In this document: positions 11,253 through 23,466 of the stretch, piece after piece
Layout: the number at the start of each line of letters is the position of its first letter
How positions within the stretch are numbered: the stretch's first letter is position 1
Assembly: GCF_018350175.1 (NCBI RefSeq)
Contig: NC_058368.1
Span: 23,314,001 to 23,378,000, forward strand
Source of the DNA: Felis catus
Taxonomy: Eukaryota
Direction: 5' to 3'
DNA: 64,000 nt
The notes under the pieces: model-generated
What the model was told of the DNA's origin: nothing
Databases searched by the model: none
Seen by the model: only the letters and a program-made list of their open reading frames with translations
Program-made: the position numbers and the translations under genes

Positions 11253-11612
11253 TGCATTAGTTCTGGTCTGCTGAGAAGCAGATGCCAGGACAGGATTAGA
11301 TATTCAGAGATTTATTGGGAGAGGGAGCAGAGGTAGGTGGAACGGGACAGACCTTCAGATCACAGGCAGGTCTGACACCTGGAGAAAGAGAGAGGCAAGG
11401 AAGGTTGTGTGGGAAGTCTTGAAATGCAGTGTTGAAAAAAGTTTGGCTAGGTTTATGGGGAATCTTCAAGCCAAAGGTGTCCACTGGAGGACTTCTGCGT
11501 CCTGCTGGAATGACCCCTTATTATTCCTCACTTCTCACCCCTACCCTGTTCAACTGTTGGCCAGGAGATATCCTTGTAGCAGGAGATAAGAGTGCCTCAT
11601 ATCCATGGCCAC
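11253..11612 (-). mobile_element. ERVL solo LTR (LTR16-family-like)
   Basis: TGCATTAG...CTGAGAAGCAGATGCCAGGACAGGATTAG...GATTTATTGGG...CAGGTCTGACACCTG. Minus-strand AATAAA. Confidence 0.75.
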
Positions 11613-12122
11613 CCCAGCCTCTGAAAACATATTCTCTTTTTATGGTACCATGGACACAATATGATGGGAGTAACAGTTGAGATGCCCTACCACCCCTTAG
11701 CTAAAAATGGCTATGAATGATTTCTGCCAGAACTTGCATTAGGATGAGAGTGACCAAGAGATTAAAAGCAGCTGGGGTGAATTCATCTCAGTAGCCACTG
11801 CTTTGGTTCCTAACTGAAAATTTTGAATCTGATTTCCAAACTTTCTGTTCAGTTCTTAAATGCTTGAGTTAAATGTGTTTTTTGGTTTTTGTTGTTTTGT
11901 TTTGATTTTTTTTTTTTTTATTGCTTGAAACTAAAGCAGCCTGTCTTGTCCCCTATAATATTGGGTGTTTACCTAATTTTTTTTGCTCCACTTATTAAAT
12001 GTGGGAATTGGGCAGGTTAAATAAGAAAATATGTAAAACATTTGGTACATGGGAGGCACCCAACAATTTTTCCCACTTCAGAATAGATTTCATATTTTAA
12101 TGATAGAAATCTCTGAGACTTG

Positions 12123-12340
12123 TTTTTTTTTTTTTTTTTTTAATGTTTATTTACTTAGAACATGTGTGTGCATGCACGGGGGAGGTGCAGAGAGAGACAG
12201 GGAGAGAGAGAGAATCCCAAGCAGGCTCCATGCCATCAGCACAGAACCCAACCTGGGTTTGACCTCACAAACTATGAAATCATGACCTGAGCCAAAACCA
12301 AGAGTCAGATGCTTAACCGACTGAGCCACCCAGGTGTCCC
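12123..12340 (-). mobile_element. SINEC
   Basis: Poly-T, SINE body, ends CCCAGGTGTCCC. TGAGACT is repeated on both flanks. Confidence 0.95.
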
Positions 12341-12509
12341 TGAGACTCGAGTTTGAAGAAAATTGCATTACGTTGTAAATGTTTACTTTTTTACAAATAT
12401 CACACCACCACTATTTACTGAATGTCAGTTATGTGTGAAGTAAAATTCTACAAAGGAAACTCAAGACATGGTTCCCAGTCTCAGATGGAAACAACCACTT
12501 TCTCAAAGA

Positions 12510-12990
12510 TCTTAACTCCCTGGTGTCTAAACTAAAATTCAAAATACTTCTCTTGTCATTTAAGGCTACTCTGCATCTGACCTTATCTTTCCTTTCTGAC
12601 CTTACTTCATGCCCAGCACATTCCCAGGTGGAACCCACCTTCCCCTTCTCGTGTCAGGGTTTTTTTTTTTTTTTCATGACATTCCAACTACCCCTATGCC
12701 TTCTGCCACTTGTCCTGCACTCTAGGGTTATACTGTGACAATCCTACCTGTCCTTAGAGCTGACCTCAGATCAGATGTGCTCTACATGAAGCCTTCTGTA
12801 GCCTAAACCAGCCCCAGTGCTTTCTGATTTCCTCCTCTGTCCTTCCCCCTCATGGTAGCTTCTTTCTCACAGGATGGTTATGTGTGCCCACTCTTGTAGG
12901 GTTTGCACCTCACTACTCTGTATCTCTGTATTTCCCTGAGAATACCCAGCACAGTGTTTGTGACATAAGTGCTCCTCAAGTGATAACTAA
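12510..12990 (+). mobile_element. L2 fragment(s)
   Basis: AAAATTCAAAATACTT...CATTTAAGGC, CTCTACATGAAGCCTTCT, CCCAGCACAGTG...GTGCTC. Confidence 0.55.
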
Positions 12991-13089
12991 AATCACATGA
13001 GAGGAGGGCAGCTGGGAGGAAGATAGTGTGATGATAGGAGATAATAGGCAATCAGCACTCTGTGAAAGGTAGAGAAGTAGAACTCTTCT

Positions 13090-13360
13090 ACAATTTTATC
13101 TGGAAATATTTTTCAAACTGAGAGAAAAATTGTAACTACAGTACAAAGAACTCATGCATACCTCTCACCCCAATTTACCAATTGCTAATAATTTGCCACA
13201 TTTGCTTTATCATTTTTCACTTTCTATATATTATTATTTTTGAACCATTTGAGAATACTTTGCAGAAGTCCTGTCACTTGCCCCTGAAGACATTAATGTA
13301 TACCTACTAAGAATAAAGACATTTTCTTCAAAATAAATTTTTTTAAATGTTTATTTTTGA

Positions 13361-13406
<46 letters not shown>

Positions 13407-13780
13407 AGAGAAGAGAGAGAGTGGGGGAAGGGCAGAGAGAGGGAGACACAGAATCTGAAGCAGGCTCCAGGCTCCCAGCTGTCAGCACAGAGCCCGATGC
13501 GGGGCCCAAACTCACAAGCTGTGAGATCATGACCTCGGCCAAAGTCGGACGCTCAACTGACTGGGCCACCCAGGTGCCCCTGGAATAAAGACGTTTTCTT
13601 ACACAGCTACAATACAATGATCAAAACCAGGAAATTTAATGTCAATACAAGATTGATCTATAACTTAAGTTTCTCCCCTTCTCCAATTGTCCCAATATCT
13701 ATATGGTTTTTGTTTTTGTTTTGTGTTTTGGTGGCTCAGGATCCAAAGTAGGATCATTATGTTAAATTTAGTTTTCATGG
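13090..13780 (-). mobile_element. Ancient L1MC/L1ME 3' end, interrupted by a SINE
   Basis: TTTCAAAC...AGTACAAAGAAC...TTTGCCACATTTGCTTTATC...GAACCATTTGAGA...CAGGAAATTTAA...TTGTCCCAAT...CAGGATCCA. Confidence 0.8.
13329..13580 (-). mobile_element. SINEC_Fc with expanded (GA)n tract
   Basis: 18-bp TSD GAATAAAGAC(A/G)TTTTCTT at 13311-13328 and 13583-13600. Confidence 0.97.
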
Positions 13781-14847
13781 CAGATAAAGTTTTAAGGACA
13801 AAAATAGCATTTTTTGCATCATGTTCTATTCAAATTCAAGATGCATGGTTTTGCTCATACCAGCAAATTATAACAAAAAAAGAATCCTATGCCCTCATCC
13901 GGGGAGGCTGTTTCCTGTTGCTTTTTATTTGAAGACCCATCGAAGTCTCTGCCAGGATCGAGTGCCCCCCACCTTGGTGAGGGGAAAGGCTTCCAGGGAG
14001 ATGAGGTGACTGTGTCTGCTTGCCCTTGTCCACATTTGCCAGAGATGAGCAAGGAGGCGGACTCCTCTCAGACCCACCACGGCAGGGAACACTCGCTCAG
14101 AAGTGATTCTTGTGAAGCAATATTGTGGATGCTAATTATTAATCATATTTATTTTAAGATTCTAAATTAACGCAATTAACACAGCCATCCACGTTTAACA
14201 ATTATCCACGTCTTAAAATTACAGAAACACCAAGTATTAGCCTTTTGCTTACAAACGTGTAAATACTAATTTTAGCATTCAATGAGTTGCATGGCAAATT
14301 TCTCCCACATTAGTGACTAGAGATGTTAAAGGAGAAGAGAGATCATCTGTTTTATCGCGTTGGTGTGCCTGAAATCGTGAACGTTTCAAAGCCCTGAGGT
14401 TCATGCTTGTTGTAAATTATTTCACTTGCAGGAAAGTAGCTGACCTTGCTTGGCTCCCACCTGCCGTCTTTTTGCAGGGAGACAGACTTTCTTTGTCAGA
14501 GAACTTTTACTATGATAGACCTGTCACCTGCCAGCTCTTCTTTCTGGAGTACCCACCCTCCCCTGGTTGGCTTTTCCCCTCCTCCATGCTGAGCACTCTT
14601 ATTTCACCTGGCATTTGCCCCTCCATGCACCTCCAGCATTTGCTCAGGGTTATAGCAAGTAGTCCGCTGTGGTGTAAAGTCTCTATTTCTGCTCCTGGAA
14701 GTCATAAATGAATTTCACCTTTTCTTCTCCACACCCAAGAAGTTCTTGACAGATAGAGGGTGACCAAGGAATGAATGAATCCCTGACACGATCTCACACT
14801 GATCTAAGAATGCCTGAATACTCACCACTTAATTTTGGAAGCTGCCC

Positions 14848-15052
14848 GGGGCGCCTGGGTTGCTTAGTCGGTTAAGCGTCCCTCTTGGTTTCAGCTCAGG
14901 TCGTGATCTCGCGGTTTGTGAGTTTGAACCCCACATTGGGCTCCTCAATGACAGCTGGGAGGCTGCTTGGGATTCTTTCTCCCTCCCTATCTGCCCTTTC
15001 CCCTCTCACTCTGTCTCTCAAAACAGATAAAAAAAAAATTGAAAAAAATAAA
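14848..15052 (+). mobile_element. SINEC
   Basis: GGGGCGCCTGGGTTGCTTAGTCGGTTAAGCG...A-tail. Imperfect TSD AATTTTGGAAGCTGC / AATCTTAGAAGCTGC. Confidence 0.95.
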
Positions 15053-17828
15053 AAATCTTAGAAGCTGCTAGTTCCACCTCTCTGTGCTTTCCTTCTCTCT
15101 GATGCCCTTTGCTTACTTTACTTTTCGCTGGGGTGAAATCGATCTTCAGCTTTGTTGCTGTTGAGAAGGCTTTCAGATTGCAAAGCCCATGTGGTGGTTT
15201 AGGAGGATTATTCCATTTGAGGTCTATTAGAAAGCAGAAACCTGGAGGGGTCTGTGAATTCGTCTTGTCACTTCTACTCTCTTTTTCTCATTTTCCTCAT
15301 TCTCAAAGACCTCTGGGGACAGCAACTTTGTATGGCCCTGGATAGAAACTTTACAGCGGCAGAGTGACGAAGCCTGTGTGACAGTTTAGAAACATAAAAA
15401 TGGGTGTTCTCAGATGACTCAGCGTAGAACACTTTTCCCAGCCTGCCAGGGCTGGGGCTAAAAAGAAGTCTAGGCACACCAGAATGATACCAGTGCCAAC
15501 TTCTCTGTCTCACAGATCTGCTTCCTGGCCCCACAGTCCTTTCCTTTCACCTCGTTAATTCTGTGGGTCTGGCCTAACCCACACCACTGGCTCTTCCTAT
15601 ACTTGGCAACTTGTGCTATTAAGCTGGAGTCTCATACGTGTCCTGTTCCATTTTTGCTCTATCCCCCAGGCCCCTGGAATTCTATCCACATCTAATCTCA
15701 GCCTCTGAGTGCAAGCACCTGTATATTCTGTTACCACTGTAATGGCTGGCCTATAAGGGGTGGCTTAAAAAAGCCAGAGTTACCCATTTGCCATTAGAAG
15801 GTAGTCTTGGCATCTTCTATAATGATGCATCCTGTATCCTAGTAAGTAAATTCAGTAATGTGTCACCTACCCATTTTAAGTGCTAATAAAAGAAAAGAGT
15901 GCATCTCTCGTAACTATCACAGTGGTGGGAGTTGTAAGAAAAAAAAAAAAAAAAAGGCCAGATGCGTAGTGCTTTGTTTCTTAGTAACCACTATCTTCTT
16001 TGCTCTATATCTGTGTCTGGTGATGTTCCTGTCTTGCTGCTTGGTCAGGTCTATAGTTAGCACAGCACATGTGGGCCGCACAGGCAATTTGTGTCCTACG
16101 AGGTTTCAGTTTACAAAAATAGGCAAAACCTGACTTTTCACAGTCACTTCCTCTGTAATTAAAATGGCATATTTCTTAAGTTAGAAACAGATGAGTTCAT
16201 GGTAAGGGGAGTAAGAGTCTTTTCAAAGAGACTGAATTTATACTCTTGAACCATTGCCATATATAATAAAAGGTTTACTATCACTTGAAAGTCAGTTTGA
16301 ATGTTGGCTATAACGAGATAGTGCAAATTGGATAAATTATGCTTCAGGTTCTTATCTTTTGGAGAACATACTTTTTTTTTTTTTCCTTTGGTTGATCTTA
16401 GTGGAGTGAATGGAAGCATTTTGGCAGAAGTTTCTTTCTTTCTCTTTTTTAAATGTAGTTAGGAATATGCATAACTTCCTCTGGAATGGGTGGTGGGGAG
16501 AATCTTTTTTCCTTTTCAATTTTGTTTTGGACTTCAGGTACTATAGATCTAAAGCATTTAGCTTCCTATGCTTGATGCTTGCTTTGTTGAAAATTCTCAA
16601 CGGGTTTCTGATTCTATTGTTGGGACCAATCTCGTCTCACTGTAACAATCTAGTTCTCACTCCCTTGGATGTTCCAGGAATGACAGCCTGTTTGAAGTTA
16701 ATGAAGGAGTTAGTGCTTGTTAACACGCTGCTCACCTGGGACTAGTTTAGACTAGAACGGTGACTTCTATCTTCAATAAAAAGGATTGGTGACAAATTGC
16801 TTCTCTGAGTTGCCCAGATCCACCAGGGAGAAATAAGAAGTTGACAGAAAAACTTGAGGGGAAAGTCTGCTGCCTCCAGAGGGGAGGAGAAAAATCTCAC
16901 TATTGGCAAAAACTCCTGCATCGTCTTTTGAAGTAATTGAAGTGAAAGGGACTTTTGCTCCAGTTACTCATCTAACGGCCTCAGTTTTCCACCTGGCATG
17001 TCAATTGAGGGCTTTAATGTAAATACCTGGTTTTAGTAATGATTGAAATAACTAAAGTGCAGGGAACCATGAAGATGATGTCTTTTGCTTTTGAGTGTAT
17101 CTATTTAGCCTATATTCTTGGTCTACTGCACATACAACTTTGCACTAGGAAGTGATGGTCACAATTCTGTCATCAAAAAGCTGCAGCTTAACTAGGGATT
17201 CTGTGATGTGAATACGCTAGTGAGCCTTTCTGGGGCAAAACCGGGTGGTAGTTTCCAGATCATCTGCAGACTCTGATATTCTTCCATGTCAAGGGGAAGT
17301 CTCCTTTCCCTCCATGTGAAGATGAATGTGAGCTGCACAGGTGGTTTGCTTCTGCTGAATGGAATGTGGTGGGTGCGATGTCCTAGTGTAGGTCACGAAA
17401 GGACACGGCAGAGAAACGGAACTTAGCTTTGTTGGGATAGAAGTTCGGAATGTCAAACTCACATTGCATTCTTATTGAACAGATAAATCTTTTAATCTAG
17501 ATGAATTTTGTGTAACCCAGGTGAGTCATGCTAGGCTATAAAAATTGGTCAGTCCAGACTTTGGGATTGGTGAGAATGGCAACTTATATTGGGCTTGATT
17601 AGGGTTCTACCTACCAAGTGATGTAAATGATGCCTACAAGATCGAGGCTGCATGCTGGTGTAAGTGGATGTGGCTTCTCAGTACCTCCTGTGTCCCTCAT
17701 GGAGATATTTTGTCTAAAGTTCAGAGATCTCAGCAATGTTCAGTGAGGGAGGAATATATCAGGTCAGGGGAGCTCCTGGATTTATAATTCTTTGCTACAC
17801 TACGGTTAAATAACTTAATTATATGATA

Positions 17829-18397
17829 TATCTTAGCCTGGGTTCTCCAGAAAGCAAAGCTGGAGGCAAAGGCTTATGTGCTCTTAGGTTATCGATGAGT
17901 GCAATACCAACGAACACAGGTGAGAGACAAGGGGAGAAAGGGAATGAGAGAGCCATTTGATGTATCAGGTGTGATAATTGCTTGCTTTCAATGGAACCAT
18001 CTTCCAAGATACCATGTAAATGACTGCTTCTTGGGATTGTCCATCAGGGGAGGATGGTGAAGAGTTTCTCTGCCCCCTCCATTTCCCAAGATCCAAGTTT
18101 TGCTTCATGGGACATTAATTCCTCCAGTACTTACAGGTTACATGTGTGTGGTGCAGGTGAGTCCCACAGTGTGTCATACAGTGAAGCCCTGTGGCAGGAA
18201 GTGAGGATGGGAGACACAGACATGAGAGGAAGTCTTGATGGATTGTAACCCCATTAAGTTGGTCACAGTCCATGAAGAATGGGCCACTGGCTGCAAGGTC
18301 AAAGATACTGGTGACTGGTGACAGGTGAGACCTAAGAGGATCAGTAAGAGGCTCAGTAAGAGAATCAGTAAGAGGATCAGTAAGCACAGTGCTTACA
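17829..18397 (-). mobile_element. ERVL solo LTR (LTR33-family-like)
   Basis: TCTTAGCCTGGGTTCTCCAGAAAGCAAAGCTGGAGGCAAAGGCTTATGTGC... is the reverse of an LTR33-type 3' end. Confidence 0.7.
18333..18384. repeat. 12-bp minisatellite, 4.3 copies
   Basis: TAAGAGGATCAG / TAAGAGGCTCAG / TAAGAGAATCAG / TAAGAGGATCAG / TAAG. Confidence 0.95.
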
Positions 18398-18496
18398 ATC
18401 TATCACATCCCTCCTTGCATTCTTTGCTGGGTCATTGGACTCACTGAGATTCCAGAGTAGGAGTCCAGCGATAGACTCACACAGATTATTTTAAAA

Positions 18497-18680
18497 GAAA
18501 GCTTTGTCACCCACCTGTGTCAGAATCCTCTGAAGGGAGAGGACGCCTGTTAAAAAGACAGATTTCTAGGTCCCACCTCAGATACACTAATTCCAAATCT
18601 CTGGGACTGGGAACCAGGATTGGCCTATTTAACAATCAGCCCAGGCAATTCTTAAGCATATTAAACTTCAAGAACCACCA
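18497..18680. mobile_element. MER5-family hAT-Charlie MITE
   Basis: TCAGAATC...GTTAAAA..CAGATTTCTAGGTCCCACCTCAGA...CCCAGGCAATTCT...AGAACCAC. Confidence 0.75.
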
Positions 18681-20195
18681 GGAAAACATAGGATATCAGA
18701 TCCTATTAGAGTTAACTTTATTGAATCTTGCTCTACATGTTCAAAAACAGTATGTATCAGAGTAGACTCTGAAGTAATTTCCACATAAAGCAATTTATCT
18801 ACCAGGCTCCATTTATTTCAAGAATCTGGACAGGCTATTACCATTTCAATCCATTGACTATATTTTACTTAAAATGAAAGTCCTGAAGCTGCTTTTGATA
18901 CTTGAGCACATTTAACAACATTTATAATAGCTCTTATAAATACATGCTTTTGTCATCACCCATTATTTTTATGAATGTTCCTGGAACCATGAAGTTAGTT
19001 GAACAGGACCAGCTTTCTGTGGCCTCAGGGCTCCATTCCCTGGACATTGCCCAACAGGCCGAGGCTGTTCAGGGAGAAAACTGTTGTGCAGCTTCATTGG
19101 TTTGAACATAGGGTGCAAAGAGGCCTTGAATTAATTCCCCAGATTCCTAAATTTATGAGGATATATGGTCAGTGAGTTCACTTTTGTATTTTGCTTTTAA
19201 TTTGGAGACTTATACCAACCCTCATACTGTCCTACATAGGGGGAAGTCGATTCCTTTAGGTAGTTTGTATATTTACAGAAAGGGTGACCTATAACTTCTC
19301 TCAGTGTCCCGTACCTGTGTTTGTAAGCCTCAGAATCAGTAATTTAAATGATTCATTTGATCTACTCTGGATTTCTTTTCCTGGAATTCAAACCCAGAGA
19401 GAACCTAGTGAAAGCCCACAGGAAAAGAAAGGGGGTAGTGTGCAGTGAACTTAATTGTAACTCATTTTGATTTCAATAGCTATAAATACTAAGTTAATTG
19501 TAATAACAGGTATATCTGTGATACAAATATAGTTTTAGAGTGAAAAGGTCAATAAGGAGAGGAATGTGTGTTTTAGAAGGCACGCAGGTAGAAATCACAG
19601 GGAAGAATGTTAATAGGCATGTTTGTTGAAGAACATTGCTCCGTGGGGGGAGCTACCCAGAGCCAGACCTAAGATCTCTGGTAGCACCATCGACTGCTAA
19701 GACATCCCAGAATCAAAGGGCACAATGGACAGCTGGCCCAGACCTTTCAATAAGACCTAAGTGAGTTATCTGGTCTTATCCAACATCAGGATTGCCCAGC
19801 AAGAGCAGTGCTAATCTAGTACAGACCCTATTCTTGTTCTTAGTAACAAGAACTCAGAAAAGAGGAACTTCTCTAAGGCAGTCCAAAAATCCACTGATTT
19901 TTGGCTAACTGTGGCTAATCAAGCCTACAGTTTGTTTACTAACATATAGTAATTTTGAATTAGGGCTGTGTGTGCGTGTGTACTGATGAAATTTTGTGTT
20001 TAGGAAACTCATGAAAAAGGAATTTTGTCACAGACTGTTTTCTAGGGGAGGTAACTGGAACAGGAGTGGACCTAGAAAGCAGAGCCTCAAGATCAATTTT
20101 AAAGTCGAATTGCCTGCCTATCTGTCTCAAAGCCATAGGAGCTCCATTGTTGGTGGTGAGTGGAGTGTTAATAACCCTGGCGTGCAACAGCATCC

Positions 20196-20714
20196 TGAAT
20201 TGGATTTTTATTGCTATTGTGACAAATTACCGTAATTTTAGTGGCTTGAAACAACACAAATGTATTGATTACTTTTCTTAAAGCCTGGTAGGTTAGAAGT
20301 CCAACCTGGGTCTCAGTAGGCTAAAATCAAGGTGTCAGTAGGGTTACGTTACTTCTGGAGGGTCTGGGAGAGAATCGATTTCCTTGCTGTTTCCAGCTCC
20401 TAGAAGCTGCCTGCATTCCTTGGCTTGTGGACCCTTCCTCTGTTTCAAAGGCCAGCTATGCAGCATCTCCCTGACCCTTCTTCTAAGGTCACATCTCACA
20501 TAGAGAGCTATCTAATCCAGATAGGAAAGGTTCTGTTTTTAAGGACGTGTGATCAGATTGGGTCCACCTGATATTCCAGGATAAACTTTCCATCTCAAAG
20601 TACTTAACTGTGATCACAGCTGCAAAATCTCTTTTGTTAATACATAAAGTAACATTTCATAGTTTCTGGGATTAGGATATAGACATTTGTGGGGGCATGA
20701 TTCTGCCTAATACA
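20196..20714 (-). mobile_element. MLT1C-like MaLR solo LTR
   Basis: GTGACAAATTACC...GTGGCTTGAAACAACACAAA...GGCTAAAATCAAGGTGTCAG...GGGATTAGGA. 5-bp TSD CATCC/CATCT. Confidence 0.9.
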
Positions 20715-20799
20715 CATCTTGGTTACAGAAGTTTTCACTTGTGGTTTATTGAGAAGTGTAGTTGGAAGACCTATTGCTGATGCACTTGGATGTTATGGG

Positions 20800-21570
20800 A
20801 GAAAGAAGATTTATAAGGATTGTGGCATGGGGCCTCTTCTTTTGATGGCATTGGCAGCTTTGTAAACAGAGTCACAGACACATTTAAGCCATGTTCTGCT
20901 AGCCGGTGTAGCTACCATACAGACTGTGCTGAAAAATCAACGTCAGGGTTTAATTTTAAGGATGGTAGGAGTGTAAAGCTTTATATGCAACACTGCAACA
21001 GGTCTCCTATGTCAATGTTAGGACCCTGATAAGGAAAGATGGGGATTCTGAGGCAAGCAATAGGTAACATTAAACTTCAGTTGCTCTGGATCCTTATTTG
21101 GCAGAAGCATCTCCTTTGCCCTTTACAAAGGAACCCCACCCCCACCCCAGTGGCCTGGGTCCCATGCAAAGCCTCATGTGAAGTGGGTAACTTCTTTGCT
21201 CCCACCCTCCCTCGTTACCTAATTAGGCCAATAACCAGATTCAGGTCTCTGCTCAGCCTGAAGAGGGAAGTATGGGTCTGGCTTCAGGAAGAAATGGTCC
21301 TCACAAAGGAATCACAGAATCTGGCTAAAAGAACCTAGAGAAACTGGGGAAACACATGTGGGGGCACATCTTGAGAATGTTGGTTCTGTGAGGGGAGGAA
21401 TGTAAGACTAGATAGGGGAGAGTTCATTGACAGAGAGGCGCCCAAACCCAGGACTCAGAGTTCCAAAGGACACCTGGTGCTTGTCTTCATAGCTTGCTGG
21501 AAGGGCTCCTGGAGACCTGAATTAGGCATTGGATTCTGGTAAATAATGTGGAGATACTATGGCTTCCTTA
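20800..21570 (+). mobile_element. Decayed ERVL gag relic
   Basis: Reads QVSYVNVRTLIRKDGD (about 21000-21045) and RPITRFRS...EEMVLTKE (ORF 21039..21338), then ILRM and GRNVRLDRGEFID in shifted frames, colinear with ERVL Gag. Broken by stops and frameshifts. Confidence 0.8.
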
Positions 21571-21747
21571 AATGAGAAAGTGGTCTCTTTGAGGTTTTGA
21601 GAATGGATGGACCATGTTTGACTTGAGAAGCTACTTTGTGACTGTGTCCCTCACTAAGCTTTATATCTCTGCTTATTTAAGTTTGAAGTGGTTTCTGGAT
21701 TAGTGAACTTGAGGCATGGGACAAAACAGAGCTTCATTTAATTGCTG

Positions 21748-21862
21748 ACTCATTTATTCAACACTCACTGAAAACCTTTTAAATGTCCACCGGTACGTAA
21801 AGGTGCCGATGACACAAAGAAGATCCTTTGCGTCAGGAGTAACTAATCTGGTATGGAAGACA
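21748..21862 (-). mobile_element. L2 3' end fragment
   Basis: CATTTATTCAACA...ACAAAG...CAGGAG..AATCTGG..GGAAGACA. Confidence 0.5.
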
Positions 21863-23194
21863 TATATCTAGGGAGAAAGATCATCTTCTACTCTCAAGGT
21901 CATGTCACTGTAAATCCTTTGGACATTTGTGTTATGGCATATGAATTCCAGTGTCATGGTCCTATAATTGCTGCTTTTCTGACACGACAAAATAATACAA
22001 TCTTATGCTAGATGCAGAAATAAGCATGTACACTTGAATGAATTTAAATACTTTGTAGCTTTTGATTTGAAAAAAGACTCAAGAGGAAAAAAAAATAGAA
22101 ATTTAGATACTTGTTTCTGAAATATATTTGTATAATTTCTCTATCTTTTGAGATTGTTATTTGAAGGCTACCGAATTGTTTTTCAGGAGTCTGAAAAAGC
22201 ACACATCATTTCGGTGAATTTCTAATTTAAATAAATGTAAGCTTAGAGGGATATGCTTTAAGCAAAAATCTCATTAATTTTTCATATTCTCCATTGTGAA
22301 ATTAACAAAAAGGCTTATGAATGAGGGGCAGAGGAAGAAAGATGAATTTCTGTCTTATTTCATCTGCCACTCAGACGTTATAATTTTTTAAGCAAGGAGA
22401 ACCAGTTAGTTTTTGATCATTTAAATTCCCCATAGAATTAAAGATAGTTTTGCTGGTCCATCAACTTCATCATTTTTTCCTAATCTTTTGTGACTTGCAG
22501 TTCCGAGTTAGCACTGCTGTGATAGTTGAGTGAGATGATTAATCTGTAAAACATACTCGTTTTGATGCTTTTTATTCCAATTAAAATTTTAGAATATTAT
22601 TAAAAAGATGAATGCCAACTAAATTGTTTTGGAACAATTCATGGAAACTATTATGGCAGATAAAGGGTGATCTATAAATATTTGCATGACTATTGCCGAA
22701 AAAGCAAATTTATAATATGGCAAAGCAGCCTTTCCTTTCCTAAACAATTTCATTCTATTCCGTTGCATGAGAGGAATGCTTGTTGATTGATGCCATGTAA
22801 TTTAATAGAAAATGCTGCAGTGGGAGTGCTGAATTCTGGCATCTGTTCCTGGATGAGCTTTGGTTTTGTTTTGCAAGTAATATTAAGAACTTATTGCTTT
22901 TTTTCTATTGTAAAAATGGTATGTTGTATATTCGCAAAATATGAAGGTTATTTGTAATTCCACCACCAAGAAAAAAACAACTGTTAATATTTTAGGAATC
23001 TATTATTGTAGTCTTTATGTATGTGACCATTTTGTCAAGTGGATTTACCTCAGTAGGATACCATCAGGAAAAGGCATTATTTTTCCCCCCGGGCTTTCAA
23101 ACTGTTACTTCTTCCTTCTCTTTGACAATATCACTGGCATTCTTCATGTTATTTTTATTTTTTTTAATTTTTTAAATTTTCTCTCTTTCTCTCA

Positions 23195-23320
23195 TCACGT
23201 TGGCTGGGGAGGAAGCACTTATATCACCGAAATTGGCGAATGCTGCAAACCCAGGCCTTGCCCTGCCCCCTCTGCTCCCACAGTTGTTTCAGACCACCGG
23301 GTTTAAGCCATTCAGTGCGT
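23195..23320. mobile_element. MER63-like hAT-Blackjack fragment
   Basis: CACGTTGG...TTATATCACCGAAATTGGCGAATGCTGCAAACCCAGG resembles the MER63 internal motif GAAATTGGCAAACGCTACAAATCAGGG. Confidence 0.5.
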
Positions 23321-23416
23321 GACATTCCCATAGTCCCAGGGGTTGGTTCAGAGGTTGCCTCATCAACGTAACCCTTAGAAAATTTACTAGAGTTCCAGGA
23401 CGTAGGAAAACCCATT

Positions 23417-23466
23417 CTTTTTCTCTCTTTTCTCTCTCTCTCTCTTGCCCTTTCTCTCTCTCTCTC
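23417..23466. repeat. CT-rich microsatellite
   Basis: Interrupted (CT)n tract. Confidence 0.85.

Noticed and set aside
13347..13617. ERERE- and SLSLS-rich ORFs, here and at other SINEs
   Set aside because: They are translations of SINEC bodies and their CT/GA tracts.
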